A stretch of DNA of 64,000 bases, from positions 6,014,001 to 6,078,000 of the forward strand of contig JAYWIR010000005.1 of NCBI GenBank assembly GCA_036172245.1, in the 5' to 3' direction. Under the pieces are notes generated by a model. That model did no database searches, was not told the origin of the DNA, and saw only the letters and a program-made list of their open reading frames with translations. Positions 1-13,237 of this stretch are shown one piece after another (positions within the stretch are counted from its first letter, which is position 1; every line of letters starts with the position of its first letter). This DNA comes from Raillietiella orientalis (Eukaryota). A program made the translations under genes and the position numbers.

Positions 1-1709
1 ACGAAGAAAAAAAATCGAATTTTTAAGTTTCGTTGAAATGACACGTAGCATTTCCAGCTAAGGTGCATTGAATCAGGGCGCTTATTTTGAACAGAAAAAT
101 GATGCTCAAAAGCCTATACTTTTATCTTTGTTCTCAGTTCCCATTTGCAATTTCTACATAAACTCTCTCTGGACTCACAAACTCATTTAGGTAATTTTAA
201 TGATGTCCCAGGAATACAAAGATCTTGATAAAACGTGAAACTGGTGAATTTTAAATATCCATAATCATCTCAAGCGGATGACTACTTTTGCTATATCATT
301 GCTCATGTATGCTTTTACGAATATTCAGAATAAGTGATTGCAAATCTCTCGTATTATTAAAGTCCACGAATAGATGGTCATGTGTCTACAATAGATTCTT
401 AGCACGGTAACAGTGAGTAGAACACAGAGGACAACGAGCATTCACATCAGTAAACATCAGTTGGTTATAAATCATCGAGCATGAAAACGTTTAACATTCA
501 GTGAACTGACAAATTGTTTTGATGCATATCCAGTTTGTACCCACAGATGCATATGTTTACATCAACGATCAAAATAATTTTGAAAGAAATGAGAAAAATG
601 AGGCATGCGTTGGCTAGCCTGCACGACGAATCGTCACGTAGACCAGGAAGACGAGCAAATTTTCGCATTCAGGTGGGTAGCACGGTTTCTTCGCAACAGA
701 TTTATGAATCAACGATTTCGTACATTTATCTGACAATAACGGGTGCATATAATGAGCAAACACTCTATATGGTTCCTCTTTGCCACGAAATCTCGACGTG
801 TTGAGTGAGCACGTAATCTGATGGATCATCTGCTTAAACAGCAAAGACGTGCATAGATTTGTATGAAACGTCACGAAAACAATGAGGGCAATGTGTAATT
901 CAGGTAACAGAATGTATTCTATGGAGTAGCTCACACATTGCGTTGCCTGAATTACATATTACCCTCAATGTTTTCCATTTATTCCTAGTAGTTGAAAAAA
1001 ATTCATCGTTCCACATATTACAGCCTGAACGTGAGCTTGGTTGTGTTGGCAACACTTCCGCTGACTCCAGGATCAGAATTGGTGGGTTCTGTCTTCCCAG
1101 AAATGCCATATTCTTTGTATTGATATTTTTTTTAAATGAGAGCATTTGTTGGACTTTCTTTATAGGCATTTATAGTTTAGATCGCTTGCATGATGCGTGA
1201 TTATGACACCGAAAATGATCAGAACTCTGTTGTCTACTCTCATTTTTTCTCAGAAATGTCGAAAAGCACGTCAGTTTTTGAATCAAATTTTCATCAATCT
1301 AGCAGTTCCCTCAGACAAAAAAACGACAAGATCAGGAAGAATGCAGTATGTGACAAACAATCCCTCTGTATGTTAAGACCATATTTACAAGGTCACGACA
1401 AGGAATCGTATCTTATCAGGAGCAACTCCTAACACTCATACGAGCACCTGATCGCAATCAGGTAAAACAAAGATCGACTGCTGGAGGCACATAAACTCAT
1501 CTAAGGGACCTCAGGAAAAAAACAGCATTGCTAGCGATTTTTTTTTTTTTTTTTACTTCAGTCTACAGATACATTGCTAACGTGGAGCCGCAAGAAGTTC
1601 CAGTGTATTGTCCTGAAGACCAGAAGCAAACATGGTTTTACGCAACAGCGGTTCCTAAGGCTCCAATCTGCAGAAATCTAGAGGAAATTTGGAACCAGCA
1701 GAAGAGCAC

Positions 1710-3770
1710 CTATTCTACTTGTCTAAGACACAAGATGAGACTGGTGAGGAGCGCAAGATCTGCACTCACAAGATGCGCAAAGTGTTGGTATGTCCCTTTC
1801 CCTTGAACCATCCTGTGAGGGCAATAACGGTGTCTCCTCGATGGACGAATCCTTCTTCCTTCCCGACTTCGATGCCATACAAAATCCTGGAATGGGAGTA
1901 CTCTGCCCATGAGAAATACGAGTCCTCTGAAAGAACAAGATTCAACCTCGTGCCCAGACCTCAAGGGATGAAAAAGAAAAGGTGAGCACTCACTTTCCAG
2001 GAAAGCAGGGATCAGACTTCTTCGGAGGTTCAGTTTCCTGGCTACTGATTCGTCGTCCGTGACGGCCACGACGGGGCAGGCGGGCTTGTACCTCGCCACC
2101 AGTTCCGCCGACCGACCGCTCAGGGTCAGTATCACGATCGAAGTGGCCAGCACCTTGAAGGACGCCTCCACCGCTGCTATCGCCACGGAGTGAGTGATGT
2201 CCACAGGGGGCTTGACGAGCGTGACCATTTCGTAAAGGGAGCGCTGATGCCACACCGTGGCTTCGGCCTCCCGGACGACGTTCCCAGTGTTCTGGACGGC
2301 TTCGACGGGGAAAAGACCGATGGAGGTTTCATCGGACAGCATGATGCAATCGGCTCCGTCCAGGATGGCGTTGGCGACGTCGGAGACCTCGGCTCTCGTG
2401 GGGCGTGGCTTCTCCACCATCGACTCCATCATCTGCGTCGCGCAGAGCGCCGGTTTCCCAGCCTGCACGGAGACCGCGCAAGAGAAACATCGGATGTTCG
2501 TGAGTGGGAAATGGTGCTGACCAAATTGCACTTGGCAATGATCTGCTTCTGCACCCCGAAGACCTTCTCCGACGAGATTTCAAGGGAGAGGTCGCCGCGT
2601 GCCACCATGATCCCGTCCGAGGCCTCGATGATCTCATCGATGTTGTCCAGGCCTTCCTGGTTTTCGATCTTGCTGATGATCAGGATGTTCTTCCCTTCCT
2701 CTCCTGGAAAGGAAGAAGGGAACAGAGCGCCGTTCTCCATCTCGCTTTGACCGCCTCCCGCGTCCCGGACTTCACCTAGGCAGCTCCTGATGGCTCGCAC
2801 CGCCTCTGCACTGCGGACGAAAGCCGGGAAGACCATGTCGAGGCCCTCTTTGACCGCGAAGTGCAGGTCGGCTTTGTCCCTCTCCGTGACCAGAGGCACC
2901 TTCAGACTTATCCCCGGGAGGACGACCTCTTTGAAAGAACCGAGCTTGGCCCTGTTCTCCACGACGCAGCAGACGAAGTCTCTCCCTGAGGCACAGCCGC
3001 CGCCATAAGTGGGCGCGGCGAGGCGCGACGCGGCCGAACCGACCGACTTCTTCGACGATCAAAGACACCGATCCCTTGTCCACGTAGATGCGGAACCCCG
3101 GGACGACTTGCTCCGTGATCTTGTCGTAGTCCACGTACACCTGGCTGGGGGACCCGCTTTCCCTGTAGTCGGGATTGGTTGTCAGGGTGATTCTGTGACC
3201 TGGTTCCAGAGTGATCTCCTTCAGCTCCTCCTGGAAAGGTCAATAACGGATCAGAGCGCAACCATCCTCCTCCTCTTCCTCTCTCGTGACGAGGATGCGC
3301 GAGGCCGTACCTTCGCGAAGCCCCCGGTGCGTATCTCTGCTCCCCTGATGTCGATGCCTATGCCGACGGAGTGGACCCTGCGGATCTTCCTGGAGTAGGC
3401 GAGGACAGCGTCTCTGATGTTCCGGATGGTCTCGGAGTGGTAGCAGAACGCGTGGCCGTGCAGGTTGAGGCGGGTGACGTTCATGCCGGCAGAGAGCATA
3501 CGCACGAGGACATCCTTGCTCCTAGACGCGGCACCTGGAAAAAGGGAAAAGGCGAGACTGTAAAGGAAGAGGGGTGGAAGAAAGGAAGAAGAGGAAGAGA
3601 GAAAGAAAGAAAAGGAGGAGAAAGGGAGAAGGGGAGGAAGTAGAGGAGAAAAAACACTCCTAATCACCTATGGAGCACACTATCCCGGTCAGTCTCCTGT
3701 TGTTCCTCGCGTCGTTCACCTTCAGGGAGCAGAGGTACTCCAGCTGGCAACTCTGCGTCCTGTCTGTCAT
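1710..3770 (-). CDS. Pyruvate kinase-like protein, divergent paralog (8 exons, 514 aa)
   Basis: Exons 3770-3668, 3534-3311, 3230-3044, 2985-2776, 2703-2522, 2462-1994, 1926-1770 and 1722-1710, all with GT-AG introns, join into an open 1545-nt frame. PK motifs: [82 protein letters not shown]. Confidence 0.93.
3535..3667 (-). repeat. GA-rich polypurine low-complexity tract forming intron 1 of the divergent PK
   Basis: Nearly pure G/A on the plus strand (aaggaagaagaggaagagagaaagaaag...), bounded by GT and AG on the minus strand. Confidence 0.8.
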
Positions 3771-3949
3771 GTCTTAGTCCAGTGGTCAGCGGCCTGAAAA
3801 AGTGGAAAATTCCAAAATCCTCAGCCTCGCGCAGCACCCGGAATGATAACTCCATCGCTGGATAGTGGACGCAACGGATGAAGAAGCAACCTGATCCGTG
3901 TCTCGGGTCAAGAAATCGCAAGCGGTGGAAGCAAACGTCTGTATCCCCA

Positions 3950-5230
3950 CTCTTCTCCCCTCCTAGAGACCTGAAGAAAAAAACGTCTTCTCCGGGTCAC
4001 CTGTTTCCTGCTGGTGGCTTTGTTCCGCGGACTAGGGATCCACCCAGACATCGCTTCGAAGCGGACCCGATCGGAAAGGATCCGCACTGGGTGGATAACC
4101 AGTCTACCCATGACGACTCACCTTCTGCTCCATCTGGAAACCAACCACAGGATTCCGAGGAACGATCCCCCCCCCCCCTCCCTCAAATTAGAAAACAACA
4201 CAAGAAGAGAAACCCAGAAAGAGAAAATGGCTTAACAGGACGCAGCAACCGATACCTTCACTCCCAGCCGCAAGCGGTGGGGAACACACATCCGGGTTTC
4301 CTTGGAAACCCAAGGGGTTCTCCGAATCGGGATAAGCTGAGTGCAGTTCGCATCCCGGAATGGCTCTCGTTCGGCACTGCCACTGCCCCGTGCCCCTCCC
4401 AGCTCTTCGTGGACCTTGGTTTGCCGACGGGCAAGCAGAGGCAGTAGCACCGTCTCGCGTCTTACATCCACGCTCTCACCGAGCTCGGCTGCCTTATACC
4501 GAAGAATGCACGAGCGAAAACGGAAAGTGCGGAAAACGAGCGAGCGATCACGTGACTCCCACCCGTTCGAAGGCGGAGCTCCGGCGATTCCTTGCCCGAA
4601 AATTCCTCCCTTCGGCAATAGCAGCAGCTCCCCTCTGCGATGGGGGACTTGAGAGCTGGAGGAGGAAGGGGGGGAGAGAGGGAGAAAGAAGGGAGGGAAT
4701 GAACGGGGATGGGGGAAGAGAGGAAAGGAAGGACTCCTGAGAAGAAGAAGGGGAGGTGGAAGGGAGGATGGAAGAACCGAGGTTCACGTAGTCGAGGAAG
4801 GCGTGACGACACGCGAACCAGCTTCGAGCCAGTCAGGCGCCGACACTCGGCAGCTGTCCCGGACGGTGTCGCTTTGATGCCGCTCATCCCGCCGGTGACG
4901 GGAGCGAGGAAGGCGCGAGGGGGGAAGAGAAACCCTCAGAATGGCTGTCGCCGAGCAGAGAGAGAGCACCCACCCACCTCTTCCCTTGGACCTGGACCGA
5001 GAAGGGGAGCTGAAGTACTCGCACGTCATGAGGAGCAAGGACGCGCAGCAACGCAAAGGCCGACGTCAGCGCTGTCTTTCCCTTCCTTTTTCCCGGAGCG
5101 GAGACAGGGACACGCGCTCCTTGTCCTGCCCTTGGGAACGAAGGAACGCGAGGGAGGGGAGTGGCTGAAAGCGACGCCACGCTCCACGAGATCCCGCGCT
5201 AGGCAGCAGGGCAGGCTGCGATACCGGTGA
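3950..5230 (-). mobile_element. Decayed non-LTR retrotransposon 3' portion
   Basis: A zf-RVT-like remnant (GSCCYCRREE at ~4600-4640) is followed by a T-rich 3'UTR-like stretch on the minus strand. GC-rich and frameshifted. Confidence 0.4.
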
Positions 5231-5399
5231 TGCAACGAAAGCGACCGCCTCGGCGAAGCGCAGGACAAGGGACCCACTCGGGCGAAAGCTGACGGGAAGG
5301 GTGACTTGAAAACGGGAAAAAAGAGAAGAGAGCGCAGGTAACGAAAGGGTTCAGGAAAGAAAAAGGGTCCCCAGCACACTGACTCCACGGAACGACACG

Positions 5400-6800
5400 G
5401 AAGTGCACCACCAAGGGACACATCAGATCGGAACGAAACGAGCACTCCCTGACACTTGAAGGGTCGCCGCCACCATCCCTGGAAGGACATTCTCGAACTA
5501 GCCCGCAAGGTCCGGGAAACGATCCCCAAGCAGCGCTGACCTTGAAACCTGCGGTGCTTCTGCCTTCCAAGAGATCGTTCACCCGCAGTCAGCGACGTTC
5601 GCACTTTTCGCCGCCAGTTGCTGGACATGAGGGCTCTAGGAAAAGTTCCTGGAATCTCTTCCAGAAACGTCCCAGAGTTCTCCTCTCACTTCAGCATCAT
5701 GTTTTTTAAATGCTCGGCATCGGAGCCGCCTCTGATACGACTTGAGGATTTTTTTTTTTACCTGCTGGCAACAGGGAAAAACCCGCCGTGCACAGGGGCA
5801 ACGGCACCGGACTACGCCTCCGCAGGACCTGGCATCACGGAGTACACGTTGCACCCTCCCCTTCCCCCTTTCTCTGTATCCACTGTAGAGTGCTGAGCCC
5901 CTCAGCATTTCCAGGTCCCTGTTCGAGTGACCGCAAGGGCAGGAAATGGAACAGTGCCACCCTCCACACCCTCCTCCTGCCAGAAGCCCCTCCGCACGCG
6001 CGCTTACGCCGTTTTCATCTTCCTCCTCCTTTCTGTCACGCGCGAGTGCAGCAGGAAGCATCAGGACGGCCCGTCCTCAGACAACGCCCGATCCCTTGGA
6101 GCGGGTTCCGCGTTCCCAAGGGCCGCGTAAATCCTTAAAACGCCTCACCGTTTTTGTTCTCGTGCACCCCCTCGTTTGCATGAACAGAAACGAACGTCCT
6201 TGCGACAGCCGTGACCTTGAGCCTCATTTGTGTGTGTTTTTAAATAGTCTGAGGGATTCGGGAAAGGTCTCCCGTAAAAGTTTGCGGGACGCACCCGAAA
6301 GACGGGACGAGGAGGAGATGCAGGCGCGGAGGAGGGAAGGGAGGGGGTCGCATGGCAAAGCCTCCTCTCCAACACTCCTGCAGCGAGCGCTACCGAAAAG
6401 CCCTGCACGTACGGAACGAGCTCTAAAAATACGAGCTCTGGAAAGGGGAAGAGGGGGGGGGAAGCTCTTGGACCCTGTTGATGTCTTTGTGTGTTCCCGA
6501 GAGAGGACTTCGGAGCTGTACGCATCTCTGCTGTGCCCTGCGCTGCCGTGGAGATGCCCTTGTGCGGATACCAGTCTCCAGAAAGCCAACTACGTTTTGC
6601 GGACGGAAGTTGCATCGATGCTCGAGCAGACACTGTTTCAAGAACACAATCGAAATACCTGCAGAGTTCTTCCTTCTTTCTTTCTTTTTTTGTTCTTCCC
6701 TCGGTTTTTTTAAAGAGATCGGAGGTCAGCTGGCACTCGGCACGGTCAGCTGCCACACTAAAAAGGGAAGCCAACTGAATTTCACGGGTCCGACTCCATA
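5400..6800 (+). mobile_element. Decayed LINE fragments (APE endonuclease-like end plus T-rich tail)
   Basis: ARLRRFHL...SDN at ~5995-6085 resembles the endonuclease RLDRxxL...SDH. T-rich tail at ~6665-6710. Confidence 0.3.
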
Positions 6801-9800
6801 TCTCTTCTTTCAGGAAAGCCGAGTTTCAAGATGTGTGAATCCATAGCTGCACGGGAACTGTGTGCTGGCAGGAAAAAAGAAAAGAAAGGCAGCGACTGGA
6901 CTGGCACTCTCTGGATTCACTCGTCCGATCGAACACACCGCACTCACGTATCCACATCGATCCCGGAGAACACACTACGCCCCGCGAGCACTCTCTCCCC
7001 CCCCTCTCTCCCTCTCTCTCTCTCTCCGGCTGCGAGAGGCAGCAGCCGAAGCGAAAGCGCACACCGTCAGCAGCCACCGTGGAACCTGTGTGCGAGGAAG
7101 GAAGGACGTTTTGCTTTCCTTTTCGGACCCGCGTATGGGTAAGAAAGGATCGCTCCCCCCTGGTCTTGGCGAGGCACCTCAAACGCCACACATCTCTGCG
7201 ATCGGAATACCTGATGGGGATGCAACTCTTCCTCAGGACACGAGATACTGCTGGCACCCGGAGCGACACCGAATGCCCTCCTTTGTAAAAATAGTTCCCG
7301 TAGGATCACGAGATTGATTTTCCATGGAGGCGCTTTGTTTGTGCATCAGGTAAAAGCGGTGGAGCGCTCGGTCCGGATGACTCGATTTCGAAAAAACGCT
7401 CCCGGATGACGGGTGATGTATCGACGATCCTTCTCAATACGATCTTCTCAATGTGCGCGTTTACAAGGTGATCTTTGTGCGCTGATGCGAAACACAATAC
7501 GTCAACAAACGCAAAACACAAGTACTCGTTTCGAAGCATTTTTTTTTTATGCGTACACGTAAGTGGACATGCGTACATACAACTGTCTCAGCATATAATT
7601 TCTAAGTAAGCATAAAAATATATGAGCGTACGTATTCCTCTGCCATACAAAATCGTACTTTCACGTCTTTAAATCTACAGACTGATGCTGCTTATATGCC
7701 CGTGTACAAACGCATGTAGATCTATAGCACCGACCGAGAGAAATAAAGAGAATAGCTGTGTCTGCAACAGGAAAAAGGCTTTTCAAAGAAAATCATTTTC
7801 GATTTCTGGAGAAAAAACTCCCCCCCCCTTCCCGCGCTTCTGTGAAAGCAGGAAGTATGAGGTTATAAGAAGTAGAAGAATGGAAGCGCCTAGAAAGCGC
7901 AGCAAAGCAGTGAATCCACAATCTTATTTTAGAAACCCTGCTTCCACAGGAATATGGCTTTCACTCTGCCAGATTAGAGTCCACAGCCGAGGTAGGACCG
8001 CAACGAAAAGATTGAGGAAGCATCCGGAACGCTCTCGGCACTACTCCGTAGCAGTGCCTACGCTCCTGACTTGCCTCGTGTCAGCGTGAGCCGCACTACC
8101 AGGGCGCTGTTTCGAAACCATGAGCTCAAGCTGAGCAAATCTCACGAGTGAAGACAGTGCGTATCCGGAAGCCCTCGTGATGGTGGCACCTGAGAAACAT
8201 GTCTGCGAGTATTTAGTGCAAGTACTGTATGTAGGATGCTGGCGTGCGCGTGCGTTCCGTTGGGTACTTGAAGAGATGCATTCGACGGCTTGACGGACTT
8301 CCGCCTGCCGAACTCTTCCCCCGTACCAGCAGCTTTCAGCAAAACGATTCTTCCCTAGGGCTCCCATGCGCCGTCCATACCAACTTAACATCTTGCTTGC
8401 GAGCACCTTCCTTCTCCCACTTTCCCATTACGGAATTTCGTCTGCTGATCTTTGAATTTCGCTTTTTTCGTATGGAGAGCAATTATTCTCTTGGATATCT
8501 CTTCAGCCGACACTGCTGTTAGTAGTGGTACAATGGAATTAGTATTACCTTGTTGCCATTGGTACCACCAATGCCGTAAACGGCCTTTGCGGCTCAGGGT
8601 CGCACGATTCGCTTCTTATTCATTCTGTTATTTCGTGTAAAACTAGAAAGCAGCTCTAGCTGCAACATTCGTTGCAACTGAAATGTCTTCTTTAATTTTA
8701 TTTAAGGAAGTGGAGCAGGAAAAGCAAAAATTTTTCGAAGGTCTGCTCTAAGAACGCGAGCCAACAAGACTACGAGGTACAAGAAAAGACATGACCACGG
8801 ATGGTATCAAATGTTTTGGCATACCAAAACTTTCGAGTGCAGCTGTCTCGGACATCAACTAGCTGACCATCGTTCTCTCCAAAGTCTCATTCCCCTCAAA
8901 ACCCTCCAGATGAGTTAAGCTTGAGAAAATCCACAGGAGCCAATCGGTTTCAGGACTGCAGAAGGGCGAAGAAGGGGAGAACAAGTAAAACATATTTCAC
9001 CAAGAAACTTGATTAAGACCGAGCTACCAAGTAAAGCGTTCCTTAGGGTGGTACTCGGATGCAAAGCTTTTAACTTTTCGAGAGAAATAGGTGGGATAAG
9101 AAAATCCCATTCAGGGCATTCCGAAACTACCTGAGGATGAGCATAAGCTGGAACAAAATTTGTTTCGTCAGACGTCATTCTTACGCTCTTCCTGTTTGAA
9201 ACGGGAAGAGCGTGAGAATAAGTGATCACTGTTATGCAATTATGAGAATTTTCGGCCGCCTGTAGAAAGGTCTTGAAAAATTTCGGAGCACGATGCACAC
9301 TGTGCACGCCGAGCCACGGAATGCCATGTAGGTCTGGTGTTGCCGATCAGCTGGGCTGCGCAGGCAGCAGCGTGTTGACGTCTTCTCCAGGAGCTCACGT
9401 GTTCAGCTACCACTTTCAGCGGAACACAGATGACTAAGGAAGCCAGCTGACGGAGAAACAGGTATCTGGCTGCGGCGCCCAAGGACGCCTCGGTAGGCAC
9501 ACGGAATATGGATGTACACAAAGAGCAAAGAGCAGTATAGGTGCGACACAACCACACCCTAGATGATGCTGCATTTTATGCATGAAACGCCGGTTTGCCT
9601 TTCTTTTCTGTCACTTCCACGCCGTCGGCAACTTCCCAAATCAGTTGTGACAATTCCATCATACAGTAGTGACGTTCAGTGCTGTGGTTCCTTGACGAGT
9701 GTATAAAAAACAACAAAAAAACCCACCGTTTCCGCTTGTTAATATCTAGAAAAAAGAACACTCTGCAGTGCTCGCATTGTGTGCACGACCGAAAGGCCTG

Positions 9801-10475
9801 TGAACAAAACAGGAGGAATACAGAAAGGCAACTCGAGCAGCACGCTTAAAGTTTCGAACATTGTATTTCATAGTGTACTTAGGAAATCTCATCTGCTCAC
9901 TCTCCACTCAACTACCGACTCGTGTATTGACACGGGTTACGTTTTCGACACAATCTTCGACTCCTGGATCCGTGGGTGTTCTAGCGGTTGCTTGATTGCA
10001 AACGGCAACGTTGGTAGCGTATCAATACACCAGAAAAGATTCTACCTTTATACCAAACATGACTTAAAGGGATGGGATTTCGTAGAATATATATAATTAC
10101 CATAAGGAACGCAACTTCACTCTCGCGAAAGGCTGACATTTCATCCACCTTCGTTCGAAAGTGATTGAAAAAATCAACAGATTCAATCTAGTTAACTTTT
10201 TAACTTGAAAACAAATGAAGGTAGGTGAATGCCTGTATCAATCAAGGAAACGCTAATGACACTAGGTACATTCAACTCATATAATTTATTTTTTTCTGAT
10301 GTATTGCACTGGCACACAATTATCCGAATGTACTTTTCAAAGAAGAAAATTCCTTGTCTTCAACACAAACATGTAACAAAATGCAGGTTCTTGTAAAACT
10401 TGAACATAAGCATTTTGAATGAGGAAAAGCATTAGTAGTTGCTCCACTTGTGTACATTTGTATGCTATTATCTAA

Positions 10476-10481
10476 TTTATT
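10476..10481 (-). terminator. Candidate polyadenylation signal (AATAAA) of the canonical PK
   Basis: TTTATT on the plus strand ~160 nt past the stop. A second copy lies at 10285-10290. Confidence 0.35.
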
Positions 10482-10639
10482 GAATAAGTTAAAATCAACT
10501 ATTACAGTCTCTAGAAACACTGCAATTTACTGGAAAGCATGTCAATGCAATTTCGTGAGTAATTGCATTGAGTAATTGCTGTTATACTATTATGAAACTC
10601 CTACTATCATCCTGTCTGCTGCTGCCACCAAGACAAGCA

Positions 10640-12631
10640 CTAATCCACCAAGCTAACAAATAACTCAATTATTAGTGCATACAGAGATACTCTTTACTTA
10701 CTTAATTCGCATGGTATTGGTGAAACCAGAGCCTTGGCGCCATCCAGTCACAACTACAACAGGGTCTCCTGAACGAATAAAGCCATCTTTTTTCCCTAGC
10801 TGAACACCAAGTTGGACACGTTTATCCACATCTTGTATCCAGTCATGCAAACGATCTTGCTCAAAAAAGATAGGAATGATACCACGCCACAAATGTAGCT
10901 GACAAGCCACTTGTGCTGTACGAGTTACAGCTACAATTGGGCAACGTGGTCGATATTTGGAGATCAACTGAGCTGATCGGCCAGAAGTTGTGATGAGGAT
11001 GATGGCAGCAGCCATGGATTTAAATGAAGCTTCAACAGCAGCAATAGCTATAGTATGTGTAGAATCAATAGGAGGGAGAACATTGATGAGAAGTTCCTGG
11101 AACAGCTGGTTATGCCATAAAGTTGACTCGGCTTCACGACAAATGTTGGCCATTGTCTGCACACAGTGAAGAGGGAATTCTCCCTTAGCAGTTTCTCCGG
11201 AAAGCATCACACAGTCTGCTCCATCCAAGATGGCATTGGCCACATCTGAAACTTCGGCTCGAGTTGGACGTGGCTTCTTTATCATAGATTCTAACATCTG
11301 TGTAGCACATATGACTGCTTTGCCAACCTACAACCCTGTTAAGTAAATCTCTTGATTACAACAGATCCTACTTTGTTGCATTTGGCAATCATTTGCTTCT
11401 GAGCTACAAATACTTTTTCAGGACGTATCTCAATGCCCAGGTCACCACGTGCCACCATGATACCATCTGATGCCTCAATGATACTATCAAGATTGCGCAC
11501 TCCTTGGTGGTTCTCAATCTTGCTCACCACCAAAATGCCCTTTCCTTGAGGGCCTAACAGATACATGATTCAGTTTCAAATAAAACAGTCATACCCAGAA
11601 TTGAGCGTATTTCATTCACAGCTGAAGCTTCACGAATGAATGATGCAAAAATGATGTCAACATTGTGTTTTACACCAAACTGCAGATCACTTCGGTCCTT
11701 CTCAGAAACAGCTGGAAGATCTACGTCAGCTCCAGGGAGATTCACACCTTTCTTGCTGCCTAGCAATCCTCCATTTTCAATAACACAGTCCACCCATGTA
11801 TCTCCTGTATTCACAAAAGCAAAATCAAAAAGAAAGCATTTACTTCTGGATGTACACTGCAACATACCCACATCTGCCACAATTAGAGATATGAGGCCAT
11901 CATCAATAAAAACTCTTAAACCTGGCTTCACCACTTTGGTAATGTTTGCATAATCCACATATAACAGCTTGGCAGAGCATTGGTCCATATGTTTGGCATC
12001 AGTTGTTAGCTTAATGGGTTGAGCTTTTATGAGCTCCACCTCTGCTGTGGCACCCTGAAAGGAGAATTTGCTCACTAAAATTCCTCCTTTTGAGTTTGAA
12101 GAATTTAAAGGGATAGACTGTGACTATCAACTTCCGTGAAATCAGTTTATTGTCAATCCAAGTTTACCGAATCGACTTTCCAATAACTTTGCAAGTCCGT
12201 TTAAACCTGATAATGATGATATATTCACTTACACCTTCCAGCAAGCCTGTTCGTATTTCTGGTCCCTTAGTATCCAATGCAATAGCTAAGGGATATTTGC
12301 GGCCTATGTTCTGAGAATGCAGACTGATTGCTTTGTGAATGTTTTCAATAGTTTCTGCATGATATTCATGTGTTCCATGGGAAAAATTTAGACGAGCAAT
12401 ATTCATCCCTGTTTCCATCATCTGCACCAGCATTGCCACAGACCTGGAAGCAGGTCCTAAAAGCTACAACAATGAGCTGCCATTTTTATCTACACCCATT
12501 TTCTGACCAATGGTGCACACGATTCCAGAAAGACGCCGATCATGTGGCACAGATTCAATATCCAAAGCACAGCGATGCTCTAATTGAGAACGCTCCATAG
12601 CAGCCTGCAGCTGCATCCCTTTGGTACCCAT
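10640..12631 (-). CDS. PyK: Pyruvate kinase, canonical copy (7 exons, 521 aa from the ATG at 12631)
   Basis: Exons 12631-12508, 12456-12233, 12054-11868, 11804-11595, 11553-11372, 11327-10702 and 10652-10640, with GT-AG introns, give 1566 nt in frame. Motifs intact: [82 protein letters not shown]. Confidence 0.97.
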
Positions 12632-13225
12632 CTGAAAGATCCGTTATGGTTTTTGCTGAAAATGCAATTTGCACATACGTTTGGTGGATCCCGAGCAACA
12701 ATATCAGAAAATGCACAATGTTATGCTGCACAACTGTAAGCTGCAATCTACGAAGATTTGACTCTGATCAAGAAACTTATGTAAACAGCTACTTGAAAGC
12801 ATTCGGTTTCGCATAAATAACTGGCCAGTTGTAGAAATCATTAAATTAAGAAATTTAATCAACAATTTCAAATTGAGCCCCACATGCATCCCCGACCGAT
12901 ATATACAATTTTGGACTCTTCACTAAAGAAAATGAGCTGCCATCTGGGAAAAATACGATTACCACAATTCTTGGGCATGTTGTTCTGCAGGGCTACGGCC
13001 TGAACACAAGTACGTTCCACGATGGATAGGAACTAAAGTGTCGACCCTTTCAGGGTGCTTTGGGTCACACGGGGGAACGCACGCGTGAAGCACACCGCAC
13101 GCAAGAGGACGAAAGCGCGTCAGCACGGGCTGCGCTTCGAGCACTCTGCCGTGCCGCTGCTAGGCGACCGGAGGCGGACACCATCGGACGCGAAAAAGTG
13201 CACACCTCGAGCCCAGATGACTCAC

Positions 13226-13237
13226 CTGCAGTAACAT
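13226..13237 (-). other. Possible upstream coding micro-exon (MLLQ) of the canonical pyruvate kinase
   Basis: The minus strand reads ...ctcttagaATG TTA CTG CAG|GTGAGT. The PK ATG at 12631 directly follows an acceptor (ctttcag|ATG), so a phase-0 splice would be in frame. Confidence 0.4.

Noticed and set aside
1..1500. Possible spliced plus-strand gene (AG/GT-bounded segments, e.g. 547-672)
   Set aside because: I could not join the segments into a stop-free frame, and no protein similarity is recognisable.
3878..7317. Many overlapping 100-250-aa ORFs in GC-rich sequence (also 35.3-37 kb and 62-64 kb)
   Set aside because: Explained by stop-codon scarcity in GC-rich decayed retroelements.
10542..10571. 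11-bp inverted repeat in the PK 3'UTR
   Set aside because: Short and AT-rich, with no evidence of function.
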